Source: Podarcis vaucheri (taxonomy: Eukaryota). Taken from it: a DNA stretch of 64,000 nucleotides. Both the position numbers and the translations under genes were made by a program. Below are positions 12,822-23,235 of the stretch, in pieces (the stretch's first letter is position 1; each line of letters begins with the position of its first letter). The notes beneath the pieces are model-generated. The model had not been told where the DNA came from. It saw nothing but the letters and a program-made list of their open reading frames with translations, and made no database searches. The stretch is from NCBI GenBank assembly GCA_965113315.1, contig OZ220365.1. One strand, 5' to 3'.

Positions 12822-13550
12822 TAAAGGGAGATGGGAAAGGTTTCTCTCAATATTTTCTGTGCTTTGTATTCTGTACCGAAGAAAGGTTGCTCTCAAATAT
12901 TATCTACACATAGTAAATTCCTGCACTCTGCTAGGATGGTTACACAGCTCAAACTCAAAAATGCAGTTACGTGCAAAAGTCTAAATCAGACAGGTCAAAA
13001 GTCCATTTCCTGCCTAACCAGCTATTTGAAACTGCTGATGTTAGCTACAGGTCAGGAGGTCGTTTCCTGCCTAGCCAGAAACTGCTGTTAACTAAAACCA
13101 CTAGCAAGCTGTTTCCTGCTTTGCTTCTGCTTTAACTAATGCAAGAATAAGAAAAGATACGAAGGGAATGCTTAGCTAGCAAAAGAAGACACGTGTATGA
13201 AGGAGAGGGAAGGGAGTGCTTGGTTAGCAGAAAGACAGGAATGTTTAGCAAGCAATAAAATGTGTTTAGCAAGCAATATTTGCTAGCCGATTGGGGAAGT
13301 CTGGGGAAGGTGTGGGAGGGGGGGGAGTGTTCAGAAAAGTATAAGAAAGTCTGCTGAAGTGTCTTGCTTTACAGCCAGAATATTTTCAGGAGCTATCCAG
13401 CTGGTTGTCTCTGGGTACAGATTATCTCTGTGCACAGATTTTCAATAAACTCTTTTTCTCCAAAGAAGATTTTGCTTTCCTGGTACTTTTGTTCCCTCCG
13501 AGGTCCAGGGGATGGCGTGGCTAATGGATCCCTAGGTAAATAAGGCTTCA
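12822..13550 (+). repeat. ERV 5' LTR (729 bp)
   Basis: Direct repeat of 18181-18902; TATA-like TATAAGA at ~13340, AATAAA at 13444; ends in CTTCA. Confidence 0.95.
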
Positions 13551-13556
13551 TCTCTC

Positions 13557-13574
13557 TGGGGGCTCGTCCGGGAT
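13557..13574 (+). promoter_or_regulatory. Primer binding site, tRNA-Pro
   Basis: TGGGGGCTCGTCCGGGAT, the MLV-type tRNA-Pro PBS. Confidence 0.95.
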
Positions 13575-14189
13575 AAGCCCCCTCCCCAATACGGACCGGA
13601 GGGCCAGGCTCAACCAAAGTGAACAGCTCAGCAGCGTTTGCAGGCTCCCTGCGCACCCCACCTGTTTCGTGGGGAGAGCCAGCCACACTGTTCTGGAGTG
13701 GAGACATCTAGTTGAGGGAGAACAAGAGGACAGGACGGCGCCGAGGGGACAGGTCCGCAGCGGAAAAAGGTAAGCCCGAAGGAAAGGGCTAGGGGCCCGA
13801 GGGAAAGGGCCAGAGGCCTGATCAGCCTCACCTGGTAGCAGTAAGAGTGCCACCAGGAAAGGAATTGGTAAGGTTTGGGAAAGGGAATGGGGCGCCAGTA
13901 AGGTTTGGGAAAGGGAATGGGGCAGAGGGAATTGTGTGTGTGTGTTTTTGGCATGTTGCATGTCAGAATTATTTTGGTGTATTGCATGCTGGAGTTATTT
14001 TGGTGTGTTTAGTGTGTTATATTGATGTGTTTTGTATGTTGTATGTTGCATGTCAGATACTCTAGTGACTGAATTGTCAAGTGTGGGCCAAGGCTTAGTG
14101 TCCCCTTGGCCGAGCGATTGTAAGGTTGTGCATTTTCTGACAATATGTAGCATGTGGAGTGTGAGAGAATTTTGAAACCCTGTTAGGAG

Positions 14190-15156
14190 CGGAGTATCTG
14201 AATGCTTTTTAAATAACTGGAAAGCGGCCACGAAGAGTGATGATTTGGGGATTCAAATTGAAAAGAACAGAGACTCAGAACTTTATGTGAGGTGGACTTG
14301 CCGACCCAGGGAACTGTGTGGCTTTGATTTGCAATTAATCAACCCCCCCTGTGGCGAATCAACCCCCTGTGGCAAAATATATTAAATGTCCACCCAGACC
14401 AGGTCCCCTATATCTCTACATGGAAGACCAATGTAGAAAAGAATCTACCATGGCTAAAGTTTTGCTGTGACAGCAACACACAGAACAGGATTTGTACAGT
14501 GAAGCCTCTGGTGTTAGAAGACCCAGAAGATGAGGAGAGGGGAGTGATTAAGCCACCACCTTACACTCCAGCAACAGCCCCTCCAACAACCCCCCAGGCC
14601 AAAATCAAGAAGCACAGGGAGGTACTGGTGTAGGGGGAGGAGGACCTGCGAAGGAGGATAGTGAGACGGAAGAAGAGGAAGATGACGAAGAGTTTAGGAA
14701 GATACTAGATGATATGAATCAAGGAAAGAAAATGTGGACAGAAAAACAGAAAAAGAGACTAAAGGAGTTTGTAAAGCCATTTGAGGAAGAAGTTGGATGT
14801 GAGTCCCTTGTTAGTTGAGGCAACAGAAATGCTACACCCCTGAAAAGAGGAAGTGGGGACAGGCGGCGAAGAAAGTTATGTCTCACAGACAGTATGAGAA
14901 AACCAGGAAGGATCAGGCAGCCGGAGTAATGCCCCTTCGGAGGGTTTATGATCCACCAGCCCCTGTCCCAGCTGGACAAGCGAAGACACAGCATATACCC
15001 TTTTCAAGTGCAGATGTTTGTAATTGGAGAAATCAGAACCCCTCTTTTGAGGAGAATCCAGCAAAGATCATAAAACTGTTTGAAGGGATTTTTAAAACCT
15101 AAAATCCCACTTATGATGATGTACAATATCTCCTGGACTCACTACCAACTACAGAA
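14190..15156 (+). pseudogene. gag: ERV gag remnant (MA, PPPY late domain, N-terminal half of CA)
   Basis: HPDQVPYISTW (gamma MA motif), PPPY at ~14553, PLR...PFSSADVCNWRNQNPSFEENP...NPTYDDVQYLL (p30 CA); contains stops and frameshifts. Confidence 0.85.
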
Positions 15157-17148
15157 GCATTGCTTGGCCCCTGCATGAGTCAACTAGGGGAATAGAGAAG
15201 GATCTTTTTATATGGGGCAGGGAACAGCAACAGGCTTTTCAGGATTTCAAAGTGGCATTATAACAAGCCTCAGCGCTTGGCATCCAAACCCCGAGAAGCC
15301 TTTTAACCTGTTCATAGATGAAGACCAGGGGGGTAGCCAAGGGAGTCTTATGCCAGAAACTGAAAAATTGGCAGCAACCTGTCGCATACTTGTCAGAGAA
15401 GCTAACCCCAACAGAACAGAGGTTGCCCCCCACCCTGTATGAGAGCGATTGTGGCAGTGGCCACCCTACTCACAAAGGCAGATAAATTCACGTTTGGACA
15501 GGACACCACCTGTGTGACTCCACACGCAGTCCCAGCACTGCTTGACATGAAGGGTACCTATTTCCTCTCCCAAGCAAAGATGAGAAAGTGTCAGATGTTA
15601 TTGTTGCACCCGCGTTTGAAGTTCCAGGTCACCACTGCCCTCAACCCAGCTACCCTGTTGCCGGTAGGAGAAGGTGAGGAGCAGATGCACGATTGCATTG
15701 AAGTAATGGACGAAGTATATTCCAGCAGGCCTGATCTCAAAGACGAGACAAACGAGGCTGGGCAGCGGAAGGCAGGCTATGCAGTGGTAGCCCTGGAAGA
15801 CCAGGTGATTGAAGCAAAGTCACTCCCGCCTGGAACATCGGCCCAGCTGGCAGAACTAACTGCGCTTACCAGAGCCCTGAGCCTGGCAAAGGGACAGAAG
15901 ATAAACATTTATGCAGATTCTAAGTATGCATTCCTGACTTTACATGCCCATGGAGCCTTATGGAAAGAAAGAGGTTTGCTTACCTCCAGAGGAAGCCAGG
16001 TGGCCCACCCACAAGCCTTATTGAACCTTCTGGATGCTGTATGGGAGCCCGAAGCAGTAGCGGTTATCCATTGTTATGGACACACAACTGGACCAGGGGA
16101 AGTGGCCAGAGGAAATCGATTGGCAGACAAAGTGGCCAAGGAAGCAGCCCGGGAACTGGCCCCAGCTCCGATCATTGGAGCACTGATCCCAGAAGAAATT
16201 TTAAGCACCGCTGACAAGCCGGCCTACACAAAGCAGGAAAGGGACACTGCAGATGCCCAGGAGTTGACATTGTCCAAAGAAGGATGGTACCTCACCCCTG
16301 ATGACAGGATATGGATTCCAGAGTCCCTGCCCCGGCAAATAACTCAGAAATACCATGAGTCAACCCACATGGGGCCAGATGCCACAACCAAGCAGCTGGA
16401 GAAGTATGTCTATATAGCCAACCTTTATCAACTGGCAGCCCAGATTTCCAGGAAATGCCTGCTATGCCAAAAGAATAATCCCAGAACTCACTCCAGACGA
16501 TGTGGAACCACGTTACACCCTTGATGAACAGCAGTGGACCAGCCAAGAAGGAGCAACGCTCCAGGAAGGACCAGACAGCCGTGTTTTTGTGCCCCAACAT
16601 CTGGCCAGCACAATTGTAAAGAATTACCACGAGTCCACCCATTTGGGAGGCCCAGCTGCTAAAGCACACCTTGGGAGAATATTCTATCTCAACTAACTGC
16701 TGCTATAACTAACTGCTGCTATATCCCAAAATGTGCCCTGTGCGCCAACCAAGAGACTGAGAACTATCACCCTTTGAACTTCTATATGGCAGGCCAACCC
16801 CTTTCGTCCGAGACATCCCCGCCAGTTTGGGGCAGATGGGAGATCACATCACCCAAGAACAAGTGCAATCCCTGTGTTTGTTGTGTGTGTTTGCTTCCTT
16901 TCCAGGTATTCCCTCGAGCGTACACCTGCAGTCCCGCGGCAGTCTCGCTGAGCCGGTTCACCAGTTCCTCTGGGTGATAGCGTCTGGCGACCCCCTCATC
17001 CCCAACTGCAGTGAAAGTAGTCGAGGTGATCCCCTGGGTACATCACACGCATCTGAAGAAGGGTGTCTGGACTTGCAAGAGAAATCCTGCTGACCCTCTG
17101 AAGTTGATCATCACCTTGTGTCTGACGCTACCAGGGAAAAAGCGTTAG
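15157..17148 (+). pseudogene. pol: ERV pol remnant (RT connection, RNase H, two IN N-terminal domains, IN C-terminus)
   Basis: KPFNLFIDE, LNPATLLP, SAQLAELTAL, NIYADSKYAF, GNRLAD, YHESTHMG..CLLC, LSPFELLYGRP, PTAVKV...WVHHTHLK. Confidence 0.9.
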
Positions 17149-17238
17149 GCCACGGGCAACGAGATCCTGCGACTAATCATCACAAGGACAGTTACAAAGA
17201 CTTTTTCTTTTCTCTCATTTTCTTTATTGACTTGTTCT

Positions 17239-17646
17239 ATGTCTCATTGCCCTGACCCTACCGAACCATACCAACCCTACTGGCCTGCTGGCCTCTGCTA
17301 CGACTGGTTCGTCTTGCCGGTGGTAAGAGATGGCGTGCTCTTTGGCTATTGGAAACTGGGGTTTGATGAGATTGCCGTATTGAGACACCCCACTGCCCCG
17401 TTGTGGCTCCTCTCTCACACCACTGACCAGCACGCGTGGACAGTGCTCATACGGGAAGTTGCAGAGACGATCGAAATCTATCAAGTTCTGGACCACTCTT
17501 GCTGTTGTGGGAGGGTAGTCAACTGTTATCTGGGAGGTAGCGCACTGTACCAACCTCATTTGATAGACCAGGTCCTACTCTTAATCCAGGTGATAGATGG
17601 GACGGAACCTATCTTAATGCAAGTATTGCAGGGGTGGGAGCCTTAG
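17239..17646 (+). CDS. Unknown ERV-internal ORF (135 aa) in the env position
   Basis: First ATG downstream of the acceptor at 16905; open to TAG at 17646; no recognisable homology. Confidence 0.4.
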   Translation: MSHCPDPTEPYQPYWPAGLCYDWFVLPVVRDGVLFGYWKLGFDEIAVLRHPTAPLWLLSHTTDQHAWTVLIREVAETIEIYQVLDHSCCCGRVVNCYLGGSALYQPHLIDQVLLLIQVIDGTEPILMQVLQGWEP

Positions 17647-17961
17647 CCAGGTGTGCATTGGAATTGCTAAACAAGTGCCAGTAAGAATTGCCACCCCAGG
17701 ATTTCAGCTTCCATATGCTCTGGTCACTAGGGAGGCAGCACGAGAGTTCAATCCACCCAACAGGGTTAGTAGAAAAATTGACCCACATAGTGGGAGCATC
17801 AGCTCACCGGTGGGCTCTCATCCTTGAGGCTCAACAGGTAGTCGGGCACAAATATCAGTGGGCTCTTCAATATTGGTGGGAGGAACCATGGAGATATTGG
17901 GTTTGGTGGGTAGGAGTGATATGTACCGCCCTTGTCATATGGATGCTCTCGTATTTCTGTT

Positions 17962-18153
17962 GGCATGAACGGTATCGTATTTGTGGGAAGAATAGGCCCA
18001 ATAATGCTTCTATTGCTTTTCTGCTTCTGTATCCCCTGCTTATTGCAATGCTTGCAGCAAATGATGCAAAGACTCCTGTTACGAGAGCTAGGACCCACGG
18101 TCATCGCTGTGATGAGGGAGTATAGGCCCATACCCCAGAACGAATCTAAGTAA
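17962..18153 (+). pseudogene. env: env TM membrane anchor and cytoplasmic tail remnant
   Basis: IGPIMLLLLFCFCIPCLLQCLQQ...YRPI...*: hydrophobic anchor, PC motif and YxxPhi motif, directly before the PPT. Confidence 0.75.
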
Positions 18154-18180
18154 TAGATTGTTCAAAAGAAGAGGAGGGAG

Positions 18181-18902
18181 TAAAGGGAGATGGGAAAGGT
18201 TTCTCTCAATATTTTCTGTGCTTTGTATTCTGTACCGAAGAAAGGTTGCTCTCAAATATTATCTACACATAGTAAATTCCTGCACTCTGCTAGGATGGTT
18301 ACACAGCTCAAACTCAAAAATGCAGTTACGTGCAAAAGTCTAAATCAGACAGGTCAAAAGTCCATTTCCTGCCTAACCAGCTATTTGAAACTGCTGATGT
18401 TAGCTACAGGTCAGGAGGTCGTTTCCTGCCTAGCCAGAAACTGCTGTTAACTAAAACCACTAGCAAGCTGTTTCCTGCTTTGCTTCTGCTTTAACTAATG
18501 CAAGAATAAGAAAAGATACGAAGGGAATGCTTAGCTAGCAAAAGAAGACACGTGTATGAAGGAGAGGGAAGGGAGTGCTTGGTTAGCAGAAAGACAGGAA
18601 TGTTTAGCAAGCAATAAAATGTGTTTAGCAAGCAATATTTGCTAGCCGATTGGGGAAGTCTGGGGAGGGGGGGGGAGAGTGTTCAGAAAAGTATAAGAAA
18701 GTCTGCTGAAGTGTCTTGCTTTACAGCCAGAATATTTTCAGGAGCTATCCAGCTGGTTGTCTCTGGGTACAGATTATCTCTGTGCACAGATTTTCAATAA
18801 ACTCTTTTTCTCCAAAGAAGATTTTGCTTTCCTGGTACTTTTGTTCCCTCCGAGGTCCAGGGGATGGCGTGGCTAATGGATCCCTAGGTAAATAAGGCTT
18901 CA
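18181..18902 (+). repeat. ERV 3' LTR (722 bp)
   Basis: Preceded by the PPT AAAAGAAGAGGAGGG; differs visibly from the 5' LTR only in a G-rich tract (net 7 bp). Confidence 0.95.
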
Positions 18903-19166
18903 CTAAAAACTAGGTGCGTCTTATGGTCAGGTGCATCTTATGGAGCGAAAAATACGGTACTTATTTATAAGACTTCAGTTATTCCGAGGGTAAAAAGGGG
19001 GGGCACATTATCTACCCAGCCCGGGCCTCTGCCTGGCTCTGCAAGACCCTGGGGAGGAGGAGTCTTCTACCACTGTCGCTGTCTGCCAGCCCTAACAGCC
19101 AGAAATGTGATCTCCCATGTTCCAAGACAATACACTTTTGACTATCAGCTGCTGGTGATAAATGGC

Positions 19167-19303
19167 ATAGAATCATAGAATTGTAGAGATGGGAAGGACC
19201 ACGAGGGTCATCTAGTCCAACCCCCTGCAATCTTTCACCCAGTGTGGGATTTGAACCCATGACTCCGAGATTAAGGGTCTCACACTCTTCTGACTGAGCT
19301 ATC
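19167..19303 (-). mobile_element. tRNA-Lys-derived SINE with CR1 tail
   Basis: Head GATAGCTCAGTC...CTTAATCTC...GGGTTCAAATCCCAC, then GGGTTGGACTAGATGA...ATTCTATGATTCTAT. Confidence 0.75.
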
Positions 19304-19977
19304 TCCATCTGCTGTGTGGCATGTGGGCTTCAACTGCCAGAAAACTAACCTAGATGGACTGTTTCTGTCTGCCACAGCACAGCAGTTCGACGCTGAATTA
19401 TGATGTTCGGTTGCACTCTACAGAACGTTTTAAAGAACATAATGAAATCAGCTGTCAGGATGAGCCAGGCTGATGGTGGCATTGGCTGGCAGGAAGGAAG
19501 GAGTGCTCGGAGCAGGTTGCATTTTGCAAGCGTGACACGAGTCTGGAAGCAGCTCCTGCTCCGAGCAGTTTGCAATGCAAATGTAAAACCTGCATTTGGG
19601 AGAATGCTCCTTGCCAAAAGAAAATAAATGCCTTTCATGTGCTTTTCCTTTCTCATGCAGATGCAGATCAAATGGCTGAATAAATGTACGAGAGGCGATC
19701 AGAGGTGATTTAAGCCTCATGTGGCCAGGCAGCTTTGGATTTCCAAATCCCTAACTATGCTGGCATCTGTCCATGGCCAGAAGACAAATGGTTTGCCACA
19801 TTTCTCTGGCTGAAAGCAAGTATCAAATGTTCTCTCCCTGTCTGCAAAAGCTCGGACAGTGATAAGAAGGCTGAGTTCCCTCCTTTTAACCTCACAGGTG
19901 GAACCTAGGTGAAGGGCTAATTTCAATGTAGATGGAGCTAATTTGGCTGCAAGAATATCAAACTATTCCTGATATGG

Positions 19978-20830
19978 TAGTTGGAGGATGGATGGCAGCT
20001 AACAGATTGAGGTAGAATCCTGACAAGACAGAAGCACTGTTTTGGGGGGACAGGGGGCGGGCAGGTATGGGGAATTCCCTGGTCCTGAATGGGGTAACTG
20101 TGCCCCTGAAGGAGCAGGTGTGCAGCCTGGGAGTCATTTTGGACTCAAAGCTGTCCATGGAGGTGCAGGTTAATTCTCTGTCCAGGGCGGCTGTCTACCA
20201 CCTACCTACCTGCCTATCTGCCTGCGGACTGTCTTGCCAGAAGAGTGCATGCTCTAGTTATCTCCCGCTTGGACTACTGCAACGCGCTCTACGTGGGGCT
20301 ACCTCTGAAGGTGACCCGGAAACTGCAATTAATCCAGAATGCGGCAGCTAGACTGGTGACTGGGAGCGGCCGCTGGGACCACATAACACCGGTTCTGAGA
20401 GATCTGCATTGGCTCCCAGTATGTTTCCGAGCATAATTCAAAATGTTGGTGTTGACCTTTAAAGCCCTAAACAGCCTCGGTCCTGTATACCTGAAGGAGC
20501 GTCTCCACCCCCATCATTCAGCCCGGACACTGAGGTCCAGCGCTGAGGGCCTTCTGGCGGTTCCCTCATTGCGAGAAGTGAGGTTACAGGGAACCAGACA
20601 GAGGGCCTTCTCGGTAGTGGCGCCCACCCTGTGGAACACCCTCCCTTCAGACATGAAGAAAATAAGCAGCTATCCTATCTTTAAAAGACATCTGAAGGCA
20701 GCCCTGTTGAGGGAAGTTTTTAATATTTAACGCTGTATTGTTTTTAACACTTGATTGGGAGCTGCCCAGAGTGGCTGGGGAAACTCAGCCAGATGGGTGG
20801 GGTATAAATAATAAATTATTATTATTATTA
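19978..20830 (+). mobile_element. L2 LINE ORF2 3' fragment
   Basis: [19 protein letters not shown]...[11 protein letters not shown]...LHWLPV and RAFSVVAPTLWN, followed by a (TAT) tail. Confidence 0.9.
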
Positions 20831-22291
20831 TACGACCACACTCAAATTTTGCGTTCAATTAAACTCCGATCCCAGACAATGTGATAGGATGCTACCGGTA
20901 CTTTGGGTATGATGGACCTTAACCAAAGACAGTTCGGCTTCTCATCAACCTGGGCTGGATCTATACTGCTCTAAAAAACAACAACAAACGCTAACAAAAA
21001 AAGTTATATAACTCGTAACGTAAGCTTCCATTGACTGCTGTACAGCGCCCCCTGGTGTCACAATTTTATAAAGCATTTATAACGTTATAACTCACAAGTA
21101 TAGATTAGTCCCTGGAGAAATGTGGTGTGGGATGCCATAGGGTACTGGGCCATCCCATTTCTCCACCTGAGCTGAAACGGGAAGGTGCTGTCCTGCGTGA
21201 GATCCAGGGGCGATGAAAGGAAGTGTGCATAATTAGTTGGTATAATTCATTGCCACGTGGTGTGCTGATGGCCACATTTGCCCTTAAAAGGCGATTAGGC
21301 AAATGACTGGTTCATAGTATTATTCATGGTGACTATAAGGAACTTCATATTCAGAAGCAGTTCCTGTGGATCATGAGCAGCAGAGGGCTCATTTCTTGCT
21401 TGGGGGGGGCTTCCCAGAGGCACCTGGCTGGCTGCTGTGGAAAGCAGGGTGTTTGACTAGTAAATCTTTGGTCTGATCCACCAAGGAAGCTCTTTGGAGG
21501 GCATCCATACAGCTTTGGAGCGTGTTTTCTTCATTAGTTCCACAAGAATTCATGGCTCACTGTTGGAAGACATATGCATTATATTCCGGCTTCAGCCATC
21601 TGCCTGGAAATCTTCCTCCTTGCTGCAGGGCCTAAAGAATGAGGGGGATTTGCTATTTCAGACCTGCCCTGAGCCTTGTCAATGGGTCTTCTTAAAAAGT
21701 TTACTGAGCTGTTCTGTTATGTCCCTTGGGCTCCACCGATATAACTCAAGTGCTCTGCAGGCTTTTGGGCTGAGGGGAGGTATTTGTCTGCTTGTCAGTT
21801 AAGTGCCAGAATAAACTCCCCTACAGGAACAAAGTCTGTTCTCTTAGTCAAATAAGGGCCCGTGTCAAATATTTGTCAGAGAAGCGCACAGAGACAAGCA
21901 TCTCCCATGCTCTCTGGCTCTGTGCATCTGCTAGACAGCAGTCAATTCAAGTTTCGCTCCAGGGACAGTCAACACCACTGACGTATGGGGCAGGAGGGAC
22001 CCTAGACTGACATAAAACAGGGGGGTGTTGAACTGCAGGGTTTGAAAGGCACTGATGGGATTGATCCATCTGGCGTCTTCAGAAACTGAATAACACTGAA
22101 CCCCATTCCAAAAGCACCTCACATCTCCAATATGTCTGAATTAAATGTTTGCTTCTATCCGAAGAAATGCATGTGGCCTGAATTTCATAAGCTTAAAGTG
22201 TTAGCCTGCAAATCGAGACGTTTATGGAGTCTTTTGATATTCACACCTTAGCAAGCAATATGCAAAACACATCCTGAATTTGCACAAATAA

Positions 22292-22517
22292 CAGTGGTAC
22301 CTCGGGTTACAGACGCTTCAGGTTACAGACTCTGCTAACCCAGAAATAGTACCTCGGGTTAAGAACTTTGCTTCAGGATGAGAACAGAAATTGTGCTCCG
22401 GCAGCGCAGCGGCAGCAGGAGGCCCCATTAGCTAAAGTGGTGCTTCAGGTTAAGAACAGTTTCAGGTTAAGAACAGACCTCTGGAATTATTTAAATACTT
22501 AACCTGAGGTACCACTG
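22292..22517. mobile_element. Tigger/TcMar MITE
   Basis: Same family as 7875-8100. Confidence 0.85.
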
Positions 22518-22898
22518 TAATTGTAATTAATACATTCTTATCAAACATTAAAAGCTTCCTGAAGCAAGGCAGCAGAGGTTTAAGATCGGAGTTTTCCTTG
22601 TCCTAGATGGGCTAGCTTCCCAGGCTTCTCCCCTCCAAAGATGTCCTGTGAGAGTTGTATATATATGCAAATAAATCCATATATCGAAAAGACCCCAGTC
22701 TCGACCTGAATTCGAAGGAAACCGAACCCTGGGTGAGCTCTGGAACCCCTGCAGTTTTTCCGCTCAGAAATTGAGGTGGCATGTAACAATATTGAGGATC
22801 CATGGATCTTTCACAAAAGTCAGATTTTTTTTGTGGTAGAAAAGGAAGCGGGTTTTTGAGTACTTTATTCCAGAACACTGGCTGAATAATGACAACTT

Positions 22899-23235
22899 AG
22901 TAAAGGTAAAGGGACCCCTGACCATTAGGTCCAGTTGTGCCAGACTCTGGGGTTGTGGTGCTCATCTCACTTTATTGGCTGAGGGAGCCAGCGTACAGCT
23001 TCCGGGTCATGTGGCCAGCATGACTAACCCGCTTCTGGCGAACCAGTGCAGCGCACGAAAACGCCGTTTACCTTCCCACCGGAGCAGTACCTATTTATCT
23101 ACTTGCACTTTGACGTGCTATCGAACTGGTAGGTTGGCAGGAGCAGGGACTGAGTAACGGGAGCTCACCCCGTCACGAGGATTCGAACTACAGACCTTCT
23201 GATCGGCAAGCCCTAGGCTCTGTGGTTTAACCCAC
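22899..23235 (-). mobile_element. Sauria SINE
   Basis: Near full-length match to the other copies. Confidence 0.9.

Larger units (their letters stand above)
12822..18902 (+). mobile_element. Class I (gamma/epsilon-like) endogenous retrovirus, internally deleted
   Basis: Two ~725-bp LTRs, CTAA 4-bp TSD (12818-12821 and 18903-18906), tRNA-Pro PBS, PPT, and gag, pol and env-TM remnants. Confidence 0.95.
12303..18957. mobile_element. Tc1/mariner-type MITE interrupted by the ERV (arms 12303-12821 and 18903-18957)
   Basis: TIRs ccatatttttcgctccataaga / tcttatggagcgaaaaatacgg with a TA TSD. Confidence 0.85.

Noticed and set aside
12541-13091. ORFs duplicated at 18158-18450 (and 27822/32649)
   Set aside because: Chance ORFs inside LTR duplicates
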